Shown here one piece after another: positions 8,405 to 16,500 of a stretch of DNA of 64,000 bases (its first letter is position 1; each line of letters starts with the position of its first letter). Origin of the DNA: a virus; the IMG/VR virus record IMGVR_UViG_3300047496_000382, one strand, 5' to 3'. The notes below the pieces were generated by a model that saw only the letters and a program-made list of their open reading frames with translations, was not told where the DNA came from and ran no database searches. The translations under genes and the position numbers were made by a program.

Positions 8405-8709
8405 CAGAGAACTCCCCTCTGTTCCAACACTTCACGGATGACACCACGCGCGTACTCGCAGGCGCGCTTCTGGACTGCTCGTGCTTGCGGACTGCCGCGA
8501 TGGGTGACCCCGAACACGAACGCGCAGGTGAACTCCTTCACGAAGGTCTTCTCCCCGTTGGGCGTGCGCCACAGCAGCTGCAGGCCGAACTCACCACCAG
8601 GGCGGGGCAAGAAGACAACACTCTCCGCGCCCGTAGACCGCTGGATGACAGACGTCCATCCCGTCAGCTGCCCACGAAGTCCTTGGAGAAGTGCTTCGTC
8701 TCGCGTCAT
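8404..8709 (-). CDS. hypothetical protein
   Basis: Stop overlaps the deaminase ATG (TGATG). Confidence 0.55.
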   Translation of the reverse strand: MTRDEALLQGLRGQLTGWTSVIQRSTGAESVVFLPRPGGEFGLQLLWRTPNGEKTFVKEFTCAFVFGVTHRGSPQARAVQKRACEYARGVIREVLEQRGVL

Positions 8710-8718
8710 AGTCTTTCC

Positions 8719-9159
8719 ATGTCCGACCCGACGTACTTCTCCTCAGAGCGCTTCATCTTCGACGACCTCGCCAAGCGCGCGGAGCGGATGGTGGAGGAAG
8801 TACGCGCGCAGTGGCGAGAGAAGCAGCGCATCACCAACTGCTGCATCACCTGGCCCGCCGAGGTGCTCAAGGACGATGCGGGACGGGAGATTCAGGACGC
8901 GGTCTACTGCGTACTCCCCCCAGGAGAAGAACAAGAGGCACTACGCAGGATGGTCGAAAGGACCAAGGCCTACGCCCTGGTCCTCATCGAACAGAAGAAG
9001 GACGAACTGCGCGTCCTCTTCGAGAGTCATCACGGCGCGCGCGCCTGGCTCATCCCACTGGAACTTCACGGGGATGTGCGTGTGCCGGGCGCGACGCGCG
9101 TGACAGAGAATGCCGAGTGCGTGGGGCTCTTGTGGAAGCCCGCACGCGGCTCAGCCTAA
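8719..9159 (+). CDS. hypothetical protein
   Basis: Likely start MSDPTYFSSERF; GC3-rich codons. Confidence 0.65.
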   Translation: MSDPTYFSSERFIFDDLAKRAERMVEEVRAQWREKQRITNCCITWPAEVLKDDAGREIQDAVYCVLPPGEEQEALRRMVERTKAYALVLIEQKKDELRVLFESHHGARAWLIPLELHGDVRVPGATRVTENAECVGLLWKPARGSA

Positions 9160-10028
9160 CCGCCGTTGCCCGTTGCCGGCACAGTGGCTGCAGGCGCGAG
9201 CCCGTTCGAGCGCAGAGCCGCATTGGCGCTGCGACGAATCAGCGCCGACTGCGGGTCGCCGTCGTCGTCATCTTCGACCGTCTCCGGCACTTCGATGCGC
9301 GGCGTTTCCGGCGTCGACGCCGCAGCCACGACGTGTGACTTCTTGGTGCTCGCTTCCGACGTCACCGTCGGTGCTGCGGTCTTCGGCGCGGTGGGCAGCG
9401 TCACCGGCGCCTTCAAGGACTTCTCCACTCCGCGCGCGACCTCCGACGGTGGAATCGCCGCGTACTCCTGGAATGCAAAGAACAGCGCACGGTTGTAGGC
9501 CGTCTGCTCGAGAGAGCTGAGCGCGCGAACGTTCGGGTCGTCGTGATTGAGCGCTTGGCGGAAGTTCGAGATGACCATCAGCGTCGCCGTCGTCAACGAC
9601 TCGTCAGAGGCCTGGAGGAGCCCGCTCGTCGCCACGATGCCGGTGACAGATGGAGTGCGCGCCGCCTTCTTGGTCTTCGGCACGCCAACGATGTCGGGTG
9701 CCTTGGCCGCGACCTTCTTCGCCTCTGCTTTGGCGGCTTTCTTGGCCGGCGGCTTGGCAGCTGCCTTCTTCGGAGCACTTGCGCTCTTCTCTGCCGCCTT
9801 CGCGCCCTTCTTGGCAGCCTTCTTCGATGGCTTGGCCTTGGTCGCCTTCGGCGCCGCGGCTTCGACCTCGAAGTGCTTGTTGATGGCCTTGTGCGCTTTC
9901 TCTTTCTCTTCCGCGCTGAAGCTCGCCTTGCCCACCGCACGACGTGCCCCGGGGACACCGCCCTCGGCGTAACGGCCAGAGGCCAGAGCTTCTTTGAATC
10001 GGTCGAACGTCAGCTTCTCGTATTGCAT
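9156..10028 (-). CDS. Lys/Ala-rich histone-H1-like putative DNA-binding protein
   Basis: About 60-aa KKAAKK/PKKAAAK low-complexity basic tract; GGAG ribosome-binding site. Confidence 0.6.
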   Translation of the reverse strand: MQYEKLTFDRFKEALASGRYAEGGVPGARRAVGKASFSAEEKEKAHKAINKHFEVEAAAPKATKAKPSKKAAKKGAKAAEKSASAPKKAAAKPPAKKAAKAEAKKVAAKAPDIVGVPKTKKAARTPSVTGIVATSGLLQASDESLTTATLMVISNFRQALNHDDPNVRALSSLEQTAYNRALFFAFQEYAAIPPSEVARGVEKSLKAPVTLPTAPKTAAPTVTSEASTKKSHVVAAASTPETPRIEVPETVEDDDDGDPQSALIRRSANAALRSNGLAPAATVPATGNGG

Positions 10029-10112
10029 GGTCCGGGTCTCCTGTTGCAGCGTGCGGCGTGCGCGCAGCGTGTCTTGTAGTCAGAACGAGAAGTACTACTT
10101 CTTCTCTCGAAG

Positions 10113-10280
10113 TCAATAGTTCTTCCAGTACAAGACGCCAGATAGACCGCCCACACCACAGACCGCCGCAAGTAGCAAGACAATCCAACGCTCCTGGTCT
10201 CCCGCACCGATGGAAATAAGCAGCAGACCGAGCGCTCCGAGCACCAGACCTACGCACGCGCGAACAGCAAGCAGACGCAT
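10113..10280 (-). CDS. small two-TM membrane protein (possible holin-like)
   Basis: Two hydrophobic segments separated by GDQER. Confidence 0.4.
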   Translation of the reverse strand: MRLLAVRACVGLVLGALGLLLISIGAGDQERWIVLLLAAVCGVGGLSGVLYWKNY

Positions 10281-10388
10281 GTTCTCCTCCGCGAGTCTTG
10301 TCCCAGAAATCAACCGGTGGTTGAAGGCACAAGAACACCGAACAAGCACCGCTTGCTCACGACGCGGAGTACGTGGAGAATCCCGCGC

Positions 10389-10805
10389 ATGCGGATACTA
10401 CCCCTCCTCCTCACCACCGTGCTGTGTGGCGCCTTCATCGGATGCCCGCACAGCGGACCTCAACCCCAACCTCCAGCGCCGGACGCGTCTGACGCATGCG
10501 TCAACGAGGCCGGAGCCTCACTCACCGCCACGTCACCCTGCATCTGCAGCTGCGACGCGGGAGCAGACAGCGGCGTCGATGCGCACGTCGACAGCGGCGC
10601 ACCCAAAGACATCTGCGCAGCGGCAGAAGCAAAACTTCTGACGCTCCAATGCAAGGACCCTCGCGGTCGTCTCCTCGGCGGCCCGAACCTCAGCGGGACG
10701 AAGTGGGCAGACATCTGTCGCGACGTGACGGCAGGGCAAGCCGACATGAAACCTGGCTGTATCTCGGTGGCGAAGTCCTGCACGGAGGTCGAAGCATGTC
10801 GCTGA
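10389..10805 (+). CDS. Cys-rich lipoprotein
   Basis: MRILPLLLTTVLCGAFIG|C lipobox-like signal; PDASDA/DAGADSG linker; several Cys. Confidence 0.7.
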   Translation: MRILPLLLTTVLCGAFIGCPHSGPQPQPPAPDASDACVNEAGASLTATSPCICSCDAGADSGVDAHVDSGAPKDICAAAEAKLLTLQCKDPRGRLLGGPNLSGTKWADICRDVTAGQADMKPGCISVAKSCTEVEACR

Positions 10806-11650
10806 TTCACATGCCCGTGAAGGGCTACTTGCCTGATGCCGACATGCCCGACCACATCAAGGCGGGCCTGGGACCGGTGACTCCGTTCTCGGTCGCACAC
10901 CGCACCTTCGTGTCGATGGCGACATCGCGCGCGCAGGCGGGCACGGACTACGACATCCCCAACGAGCCAGCGGTCTACGACCAGCTCGACATCGGCGCGT
11001 GCGTCCTGAACGCGGCGACTGGCGCCCTCAACATGATTCTCGCCGTCGAGGGGAAGCCGACAGAGATGCTCGCGCGTCTCTTCCTCTACTTCCTCTGCCG
11101 CTCGGCGATGGGCACACTCGACCAGGACTCGGGCACATACACACACCTCGCCGTCGAACGTATCGGCCGCATCGGCATTTGCGAGGAGCGCTTCTGGCCC
11201 TACGGCGACTCGACCTTCCTCGACGCCAATGGTCACGCCGTACGCCCCGCACCAGAGTGCTGGCCCGAAGCAAGCGACAACCGCGCGAAGAACTGGTTCA
11301 ACATCCAGGACCCGAGCAACGCGTCGCAGCCGAGCCGTCTGGACCAGATGGAAGCGTCCATTCGCGCAGACCATCCCATCATCTTCGGCTCCTCGGTCGA
11401 CAGCGCCATCCAGAACTACCAAGCCGGCCAAGTTCTTGGCATCCCGAATGTGAACGCCCTCATCGGAGGACACTCGATGGTGTTCACCGGCATTCGCTAC
11501 ATCGACGGCCAGCGCTGCTGGCGCGTGCGCAACTCGTGGGGCAGCGCCTACGGCGACAACGGTCACCTGCTCATCAACGACGCCTGGGCTTCCTGGGCTG
11601 CGCTCAACGACCTCTGGGTCATCACCCGCTCGAACCAGCTCCTCTTCTGA
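10796..11650 (+). CDS. papain-like (C1 family) cysteine peptidase
   Basis: QLDIGACVLNA (Gln/Cys), GGHSMVFTG (His), VRNSWGSAYGDNG (Asn) catalytic motifs; GGAGG upstream. Confidence 0.9.
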   Translation: MSLIHMPVKGYLPDADMPDHIKAGLGPVTPFSVAHRTFVSMATSRAQAGTDYDIPNEPAVYDQLDIGACVLNAATGALNMILAVEGKPTEMLARLFLYFLCRSAMGTLDQDSGTYTHLAVERIGRIGICEERFWPYGDSTFLDANGHAVRPAPECWPEASDNRAKNWFNIQDPSNASQPSRLDQMEASIRADHPIIFGSSVDSAIQNYQAGQVLGIPNVNALIGGHSMVFTGIRYIDGQRCWRVRNSWGSAYGDNGHLLINDAWASWAALNDLWVITRSNQLLF

Positions 11651-11669
11651 CAGAAGAGAGCGCGAACCG

Positions 11670-11706
11670 CGAAGCCGTCCTCACAAGGGGCGGCTTCGTT
11701 CATTTT
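11670..11706 (+). terminator. intrinsic terminator
   Basis: CGAAGCCGTCC...GGGCGGCTTCG stem followed by TTCATTTT. Confidence 0.7.
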
Positions 11707-11712
11707 GGAGCC

Positions 11713-12588
11713 ATGGACTACGACGAAGCCATCTTCGAACTGACGCACAAGCGAACGAAGAAACCGCTGCAGGAACGAAAGCTCTGCAACAAGACACACC
11801 TCGAACGCACCCTCGCCAGTGCGCGCGACCTGGAAGGCGACGACGAGACCGTGGTCTACGTGAACCTGGTCGTCTTCGGCAACCGCATCATGCAGTGGCG
11901 CCCCAACGGCAACATCATCGTCAGCAGCGGCAACTGGCACACACGCACGACCATTGAACGCTTCCAGCGCTACTTGCCCCACAACTTTCGCCTACGCCCC
12001 AGCAAGAACTACTGGCAACTGCACACGCCGAACTACGGCATCGTGCCCTGGACCGACGGGATGGTGGTGTCCGCCGAGGGTAAGCGCCTCGACATGCCGG
12101 CAGGCCTTGAGGACGTCGACGGACTCACCCTCCTCAACAAGACGCGCGCCTTTGTCGAGAACCTGGTCGAAGAGCTCGCACGGCGCAAGTTCTCGCTCGA
12201 GGCCACGCATGCACCGGGCGGCACGCCAGACTGTCACCTCTGCCACGTGAACGACCTGGATGCCTCACACCTGTGGAAGCACGTGCTCGAGGAGAAGGCG
12301 AACGCGTGGTTCTTACAGCGACTGTTCGAAGCCGATGGCACTCGGCACCGACCTGCGCGCATCAGCGACCCACGCTTCCGCCAAGAGCTGCTTGCCTCCT
12401 GCTGGTCTGAGAATGCGCACCTGCACAAGGCGCCGCGCGGACGCGCTGCGCAGGTCCTTGAAACAGAACGCGTGATGCTGAACATCGTGCAGCGGAAGCT
12501 CAACCCCTGGCACTACCGCAAGGACCTGAAGACCTTCTTCACGCGGTACCTTCTCAACTGCTTCGGCTTCGAGCACTTCTACGATTGA
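11713..12588 (+). CDS. hypothetical phage protein
   Basis: GGAG ribosome-binding site; SGNWHTRTTIERF motif; CxxC. Confidence 0.7.
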   Translation: MDYDEAIFELTHKRTKKPLQERKLCNKTHLERTLASARDLEGDDETVVYVNLVVFGNRIMQWRPNGNIIVSSGNWHTRTTIERFQRYLPHNFRLRPSKNYWQLHTPNYGIVPWTDGMVVSAEGKRLDMPAGLEDVDGLTLLNKTRAFVENLVEELARRKFSLEATHAPGGTPDCHLCHVNDLDASHLWKHVLEEKANAWFLQRLFEADGTRHRPARISDPRFRQELLASCWSENAHLHKAPRGRAAQVLETERVMLNIVQRKLNPWHYRKDLKTFFTRYLLNCFGFEHFYD

Positions 12589-12625
12589 AGCTGCGAGTCG
12601 CAAGAAGAAGTGCCAGTATCGCCGC

Positions 12626-12985
12626 GTGCCTCCCCGTCGCGCAGGGTCACGAGAAGTTCGTGCAGAGTTCGAAGGTCCTCTGATGGAGGCCCTCGACCGT
12701 TTGACGAGCACCCTTCGAAGAGAGCAACGACGCCGCAAACAACCGCTCTCATCACGCTCAGACGTGGTGGGAGCGATTGTTTGCCACTTTTTCATTAGCC
12801 ACCGAGAAGCACTACAGGAGAGCTTGAATGAAGACGCTGTCGTCCACGAGTTCATCCAACGCCTCGCCGCAGGGAAGCCCGTCGGACTTCGTCCAAGAAC
12901 ACGCTCCGCGATTCGAAGGCCTGGAGGGGCTACGGCCGCCGGCCTTCCCGAGGTTCCCAACGGTCGAAGACCTACTGGCACATGA
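12626..12985 (+). CDS. hypothetical protein (overlaps the next ORF)
   Basis: GTG start; N-terminal half looks helical. Confidence 0.4.
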   Translation: MPPRRAGSREVRAEFEGPLMEALDRLTSTLRREQRRRKQPLSSRSDVVGAIVCHFFISHREALQESLNEDAVVHEFIQRLAAGKPVGLRPRTRSAIRRPGGATAAGLPEVPNGRRPTGT

Positions 12986-13055
12986 GCGTGGTGAACGTCT
13001 GCATCCGCTCCTCGAGACCGCGCCGCTTCCGCGACCTCAAGGACTCTTTGCACAG

Positions 13056-13367
13056 ATGCTACAAGGACGCCTGGACGTGCTCGTCGACGACGTAGCGAGG
13101 AACCCAGACCGCTACACCGAGGAGGCGCTCGCGCTCATCGCGCGTCTTGCGCAGGGACGACAAAAGGTCGAAGACCTGTCCCTCGAGGAGAGACAGGTCC
13201 TGGACCGCGCCACGCTGGACTTCGCGAAGTACATCCCGCCGAAGCCACCACCCGCACCGAAAAAGCCGCCGAAGCTGAAGCTCATCGGCGCGGACGTCGA
13301 CGGGCATCTCGGGGGTGACGCTCTCGAGCTACCCGGCGAGATGGCCTCGCACTGGTGGGAGACTTAG
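13056..13367 (+). CDS. hypothetical protein; true start may lie further upstream in frame
   Basis: GC3-rich codons; the frame is open from 12828. Confidence 0.5.
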   Translation: MLQGRLDVLVDDVARNPDRYTEEALALIARLAQGRQKVEDLSLEERQVLDRATLDFAKYIPPKPPPAPKKPPKLKLIGADVDGHLGGDALELPGEMASHWWET

Positions 13368-14104
13368 GCGTCTGCCACCAAGCTCGCGTCGTACGGATAG
13401 ACGATGGCGTAGTTGTGTGCACCATTCGGTGCTGTCGCCGGGGTGTACGCACCGTTCGGCGCGTTGGTTGCCGGCGAGGTGAAGACCCCCGTGACCGGTG
13501 CGATGGCTGCCCCGTCCATGACTTCGATGTCCGGCGCTGCCGTCGCCAAGCCAGCGAGAGAAATCGGCAGCTGGGAGAGCCCCAGGACCGCGCCGATGCC
13601 GACGTCGATGAGGCAGTCCACGCCGCCGTTGCCTGCGCCGAGGACGACGCTGGTGACCTTTGAGAAGCACTTCGCACCGTCGACATATCCCGCGACGGCG
13701 GCGGGCGTGAGGGTCTCGCTGATGGCGTCACCGTTGACATCGACGCCGCTGACGACGATGGACGTCGGCGCGTGCGCCGGCGTAACTCCGCTCGTCGTTA
13801 CACGCACGTTGCGCGGCACGGCCATCTTCGCAGAACCGGTCGTGCCTGTGAGGGACGAGTATGTGTAGCTCGTCGTCGCGACACCCGGAGCGACCGCATT
13901 GAGGATGACCGCGGCCGTTGCTGCCGGAGGAGCCGTCATCTGCTCGACGGTGCGCGTGTACAGCGGCGCGAGCGACTTGGCGACGTCCCGACGTAGGTCG
14001 GCGATTTCACCGCTCTGGCCGTGCGAGCCTTGCGCGAGATGGGGAAAGTTGGGCGCGTCCTTCGCGAACAGGCCAGAACCGTACTTCGAGGCGGGCGTGG
14101 TCAT
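13364..14104 (-). CDS. putative virion structural protein, Thr/Ala/Gly-rich beta-type
   Basis: SGVDVNGDAISETL...GAKCFSKVTSV motif recalled from phage structural proteins; end of the structural operon. Confidence 0.55.
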   Translation of the reverse strand: MTTPASKYGSGLFAKDAPNFPHLAQGSHGQSGEIADLRRDVAKSLAPLYTRTVEQMTAPPAATAAVILNAVAPGVATTSYTYSSLTGTTGSAKMAVPRNVRVTTSGVTPAHAPTSIVVSGVDVNGDAISETLTPAAVAGYVDGAKCFSKVTSVVLGAGNGGVDCLIDVGIGAVLGLSQLPISLAGLATAAPDIEVMDGAAIAPVTGVFTSPATNAPNGAYTPATAPNGAHNYAIVYPYDASLVADA

Positions 14105-14116
14105 CGTTGTGTCTCC

Positions 14117-14701
14117 TCAACCAAGGGGTGTACCGAGCGCGGGCTGACCGTATTGGTTCACCCCGTAGGGAATCTGGAAGCCGTGATGCCCGGCACCCCA
14201 CTCTACTGGCGTGCGCGGCGCTTCCATCTTGTTCTTCACGGCCTGGATGCCCTTATTCGCGAGGAGAGTACCTCCAATCGCTGTGGCGCCCAACGCGAGG
14301 TTCGTCTTCAATCCGCTGCCGCCGCCAAGGAAAGAAGTGAACGCGTTGCCTGCCAGCTTCGCGAGGTCCTGCCCTGCTGCAGCCGCAAGACGGACCGTTC
14401 CTTCGTCGTAGCCGGCTGGAAGGTCAGACCCTGCTGGTGTGAGGCGCGGAACGGCCGTGTGGCGCAATGGCGCCGCAGCCTCTTCCACCTTTGCACGCTC
14501 TTCGCGCTCCTTCCGAACGCCGAGCTCCTCTGCCTTCTCCAGCGAGCGCGCTTCTTCCTTGCGATTGCCGGAAACCAGTTCGAAGTTGAACAGTCCAGAA
14601 AGCAACTGCGCCAAGAGCGGCGATATCCCGTTGGCTGTCTTCGTGCAGAAGACATCCTCGGTTCCGTAGGCACGCATCAAGGCGTAGTTGGGAGAGTTCA
14701 C
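14117..14701 (-). CDS. putative virion protein with KxA motifs and a Gly-rich hydrophobic helix
   Basis: TKTAN, AKLAG; LALGATAIGGTLLA. Confidence 0.55.
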   Translation of the reverse strand: MNSPNYALMRAYGTEDVFCTKTANGISPLLAQLLSGLFNFELVSGNRKEEARSLEKAEELGVRKEREERAKVEEAAAPLRHTAVPRLTPAGSDLPAGYDEGTVRLAAAAGQDLAKLAGNAFTSFLGGGSGLKTNLALGATAIGGTLLANKGIQAVKNKMEAPRTPVEWGAGHHGFQIPYGVNQYGQPALGTPLG

Positions 14702-14907
14702 TCGCGGACAGCCTTCATTCGCGACGTCGACATGGTCTTGAGCAGCTTGACGATGCTCCTGGCCGTGTCGTGTGTTTCGCTCTGGGTTCGGTGCAGGGAT
14801 GCCACATGGGGTGACGACGGGACGCTGTCACGGTCCGCTGTCACTTCCCTGTCAAGGCTTTCAGCAGACCCTCTATCTGCCCGAGACTGCGTTGAATCTT
14901 TCGCCAT
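14698..14907 (-). CDS. small hypothetical protein
   Basis: Stop overlaps the next ATG; overlaps the upstream gene. Confidence 0.35.
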   Translation of the reverse strand: MAKDSTQSRADRGSAESLDREVTADRDSVPSSPHVASLHRTQSETHDTARSIVKLLKTMSTSRMKAVRE

Positions 14908-15269
14908 TCTTCCTCCTGACTCGCCGAAAAAGCGTCGAACTCCTCTTTCTTGACGAAGTCGCCGCGTCCTTCACGCAGAAATTGGATGGCTTCTTGTTGC
15001 TGCCGCCAACGACCCTCAAGCCGCGTGTGCAGAGCGTTGAAGTGCCTTTGGAGAGTAGAGAGTACTGCCTCGCGCACACGCCGTTCGACGCGCGCCTCGA
15101 GCGTCGACGTGAGCTCGACGAACTTCGGGTAGTCGGCCTCGAGGTGCTTCTTGAGCTTGTCCTCTAGGGACTTGATGCGCGCTCGATAGAACATGAACGA
15201 GCCCGCTCCAGTGCCGCCACCGGAGACGAGAGCCGTAAATGCGTGTTCGACAAGAGAGGGAATGTCCAC
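14841..15269 (-). CDS. membrane-anchored coiled-coil protein (possible lysis accessory)
   Basis: N-terminal hydrophobic/Gly segment followed by a long charged helix. Confidence 0.55.
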   Translation of the reverse strand: MDIPSLVEHAFTALVSGGGTGAGSFMFYRARIKSLEDKLKKHLEADYPKFVELTSTLEARVERRVREAVLSTLQRHFNALHTRLEGRWRQQQEAIQFLREGRGDFVKKEEFDAFSASQEEEWRKIQRSLGQIEGLLKALTGK

Positions 15270-15323
15270 GGAGCCTCTTCGAGCGGCCTGGGGTGAGGTC
15301 GTTGTGAAGCATCCGCGGGGATG

Positions 15324-15704
15324 TCATCCGAGCACCCAAATGCGCAGGACGGCAGCTGCTGTCCGCGTGATAGTGAGGGATGTAATTCCTGCCGCGGGGG
15401 TAGGCGAGAAGTATGCCACGAAGCCGCCTGAGGAGAGCTCGATAGGCGTCGCTGAACCGTTGATGACGAGCTGCACCGGTGGTGCACCGGCGACCGGGTC
15501 GTAGCGAATGAACAGCCCCTTGACCCCCGCCGCAGGGGCTGTTCCGAACGCCACGTCTGTCGAGCCGGCACCCGCCGGCAGATTCAGCACGGACTCTTGC
15601 TTCGAGTCGAACGCCCCAGCCCCGTTGAAGGGAATGGGGTCCGGCGGCAGAGTGCCGTCCGCCGGAATCTGGAGACTTCCCTGGAAGGCGAAGGGCGTCG
15701 ACAT
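15324..15704 (-). CDS. putative structural protein
   Basis: GGAGG ribosome-binding site; beta-rich composition; follows the tail tube gene. Confidence 0.6.
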   Translation of the reverse strand: MSTPFAFQGSLQIPADGTLPPDPIPFNGAGAFDSKQESVLNLPAGAGSTDVAFGTAPAAGVKGLFIRYDPVAGAPPVQLVINGSATPIELSSGGFVAYFSPTPAAGITSLTITRTAAAVLRIWVLG

Positions 15705-15716
15705 GAAGACCTCCTA

Positions 15717-16475
15717 TCAGGAGCCGGCGATGCCCGGGAACGTCGCGTTGGCGCCACCGGCATTCGAGCTGGTGGAGTTGGTGATGAGCGTGAGGGCCGC
15801 CACGGCGACAGGCACAGCGCGCTCAAATTGCACTGCGACCGACTCCTGCACGAGGACGCCTTGCGCGTCGGTCGCCCACGAGTGGTTCGGCAGGTAGCAG
15901 GCCTCGAAGAACACGGCAGCCATCGTGTCCTCGTTGATGTCGCGCACGTACATCAAGATGCCGATGGGCTGCGTGAAGAGGTCCGACGCCAGGTTGACGT
16001 AGATGTTCTCGTATCCCGGCGGGATGATGACATCGTGCGGGTTGGAGACCGACGCGGCACCAGCGTTGGGGAACATCGCCGGGACAATCGTCGGAGGGAC
16101 GAGGTCTTGGTAGTACGCGTAGAGGATGCGAAGCAGCGACGCACCGTGGTAGTAGATGCGCCCCAGGCCGAGCTGCCCGACGGTGCGTCCCGCGATGAAG
16201 TAGCTGCGCTCCGAGCCAATCTCGAAGATGCGCGAGAACTGACGCGTGTGCGACAGGTTGAAGTTCTGCACCAGGCCAATCGGGAAGACGACCTGGTTCG
16301 CGGCCTGTCCGTTGCCCGAGACGGCAGCAGAGACCGCCGCAGCCCCGCCGATGTTGGCGAGGCGCGGAGGACCTGCAGCGAGCAACGTGCAGCCCGCGTT
16401 GGCGTAGCGCCCGTCGACGAGCCCAGCCTGAACGTAGTTCGTGTTCGGCGACCAGTCAGAGAAGTTTCCAGCCAC
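15717..16475 (-). CDS. tail tube protein
   Basis: Directly after the sheath gene; PIGLVQNFNLSHTRQFSRIFEIGS and C-terminal ESVAVQFER resemble tube-protein motifs. Confidence 0.75.
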   Translation of the reverse strand: MAGNFSDWSPNTNYVQAGLVDGRYANAGCTLLAAGPPRLANIGGAAAVSAAVSGNGQAANQVVFPIGLVQNFNLSHTRQFSRIFEIGSERSYFIAGRTVGQLGLGRIYYHGASLLRILYAYYQDLVPPTIVPAMFPNAGAASVSNPHDVIIPPGYENIYVNLASDLFTQPIGILMYVRDINEDTMAAVFFEACYLPNHSWATDAQGVLVQESVAVQFERAVPVAVAALTLITNSTSSNAGGANATFPGIAGS

Positions 16476-16500
16476 GGCTTGTCTCCCTTCTTGCCTTCTC

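Noticed and set aside
10086-10108. Short palindrome AGAAGTA-C-TACTTCT between genes
   Set aside because: Only 7 bp, AT-rich and single copy; insufficient to call an operator or terminator
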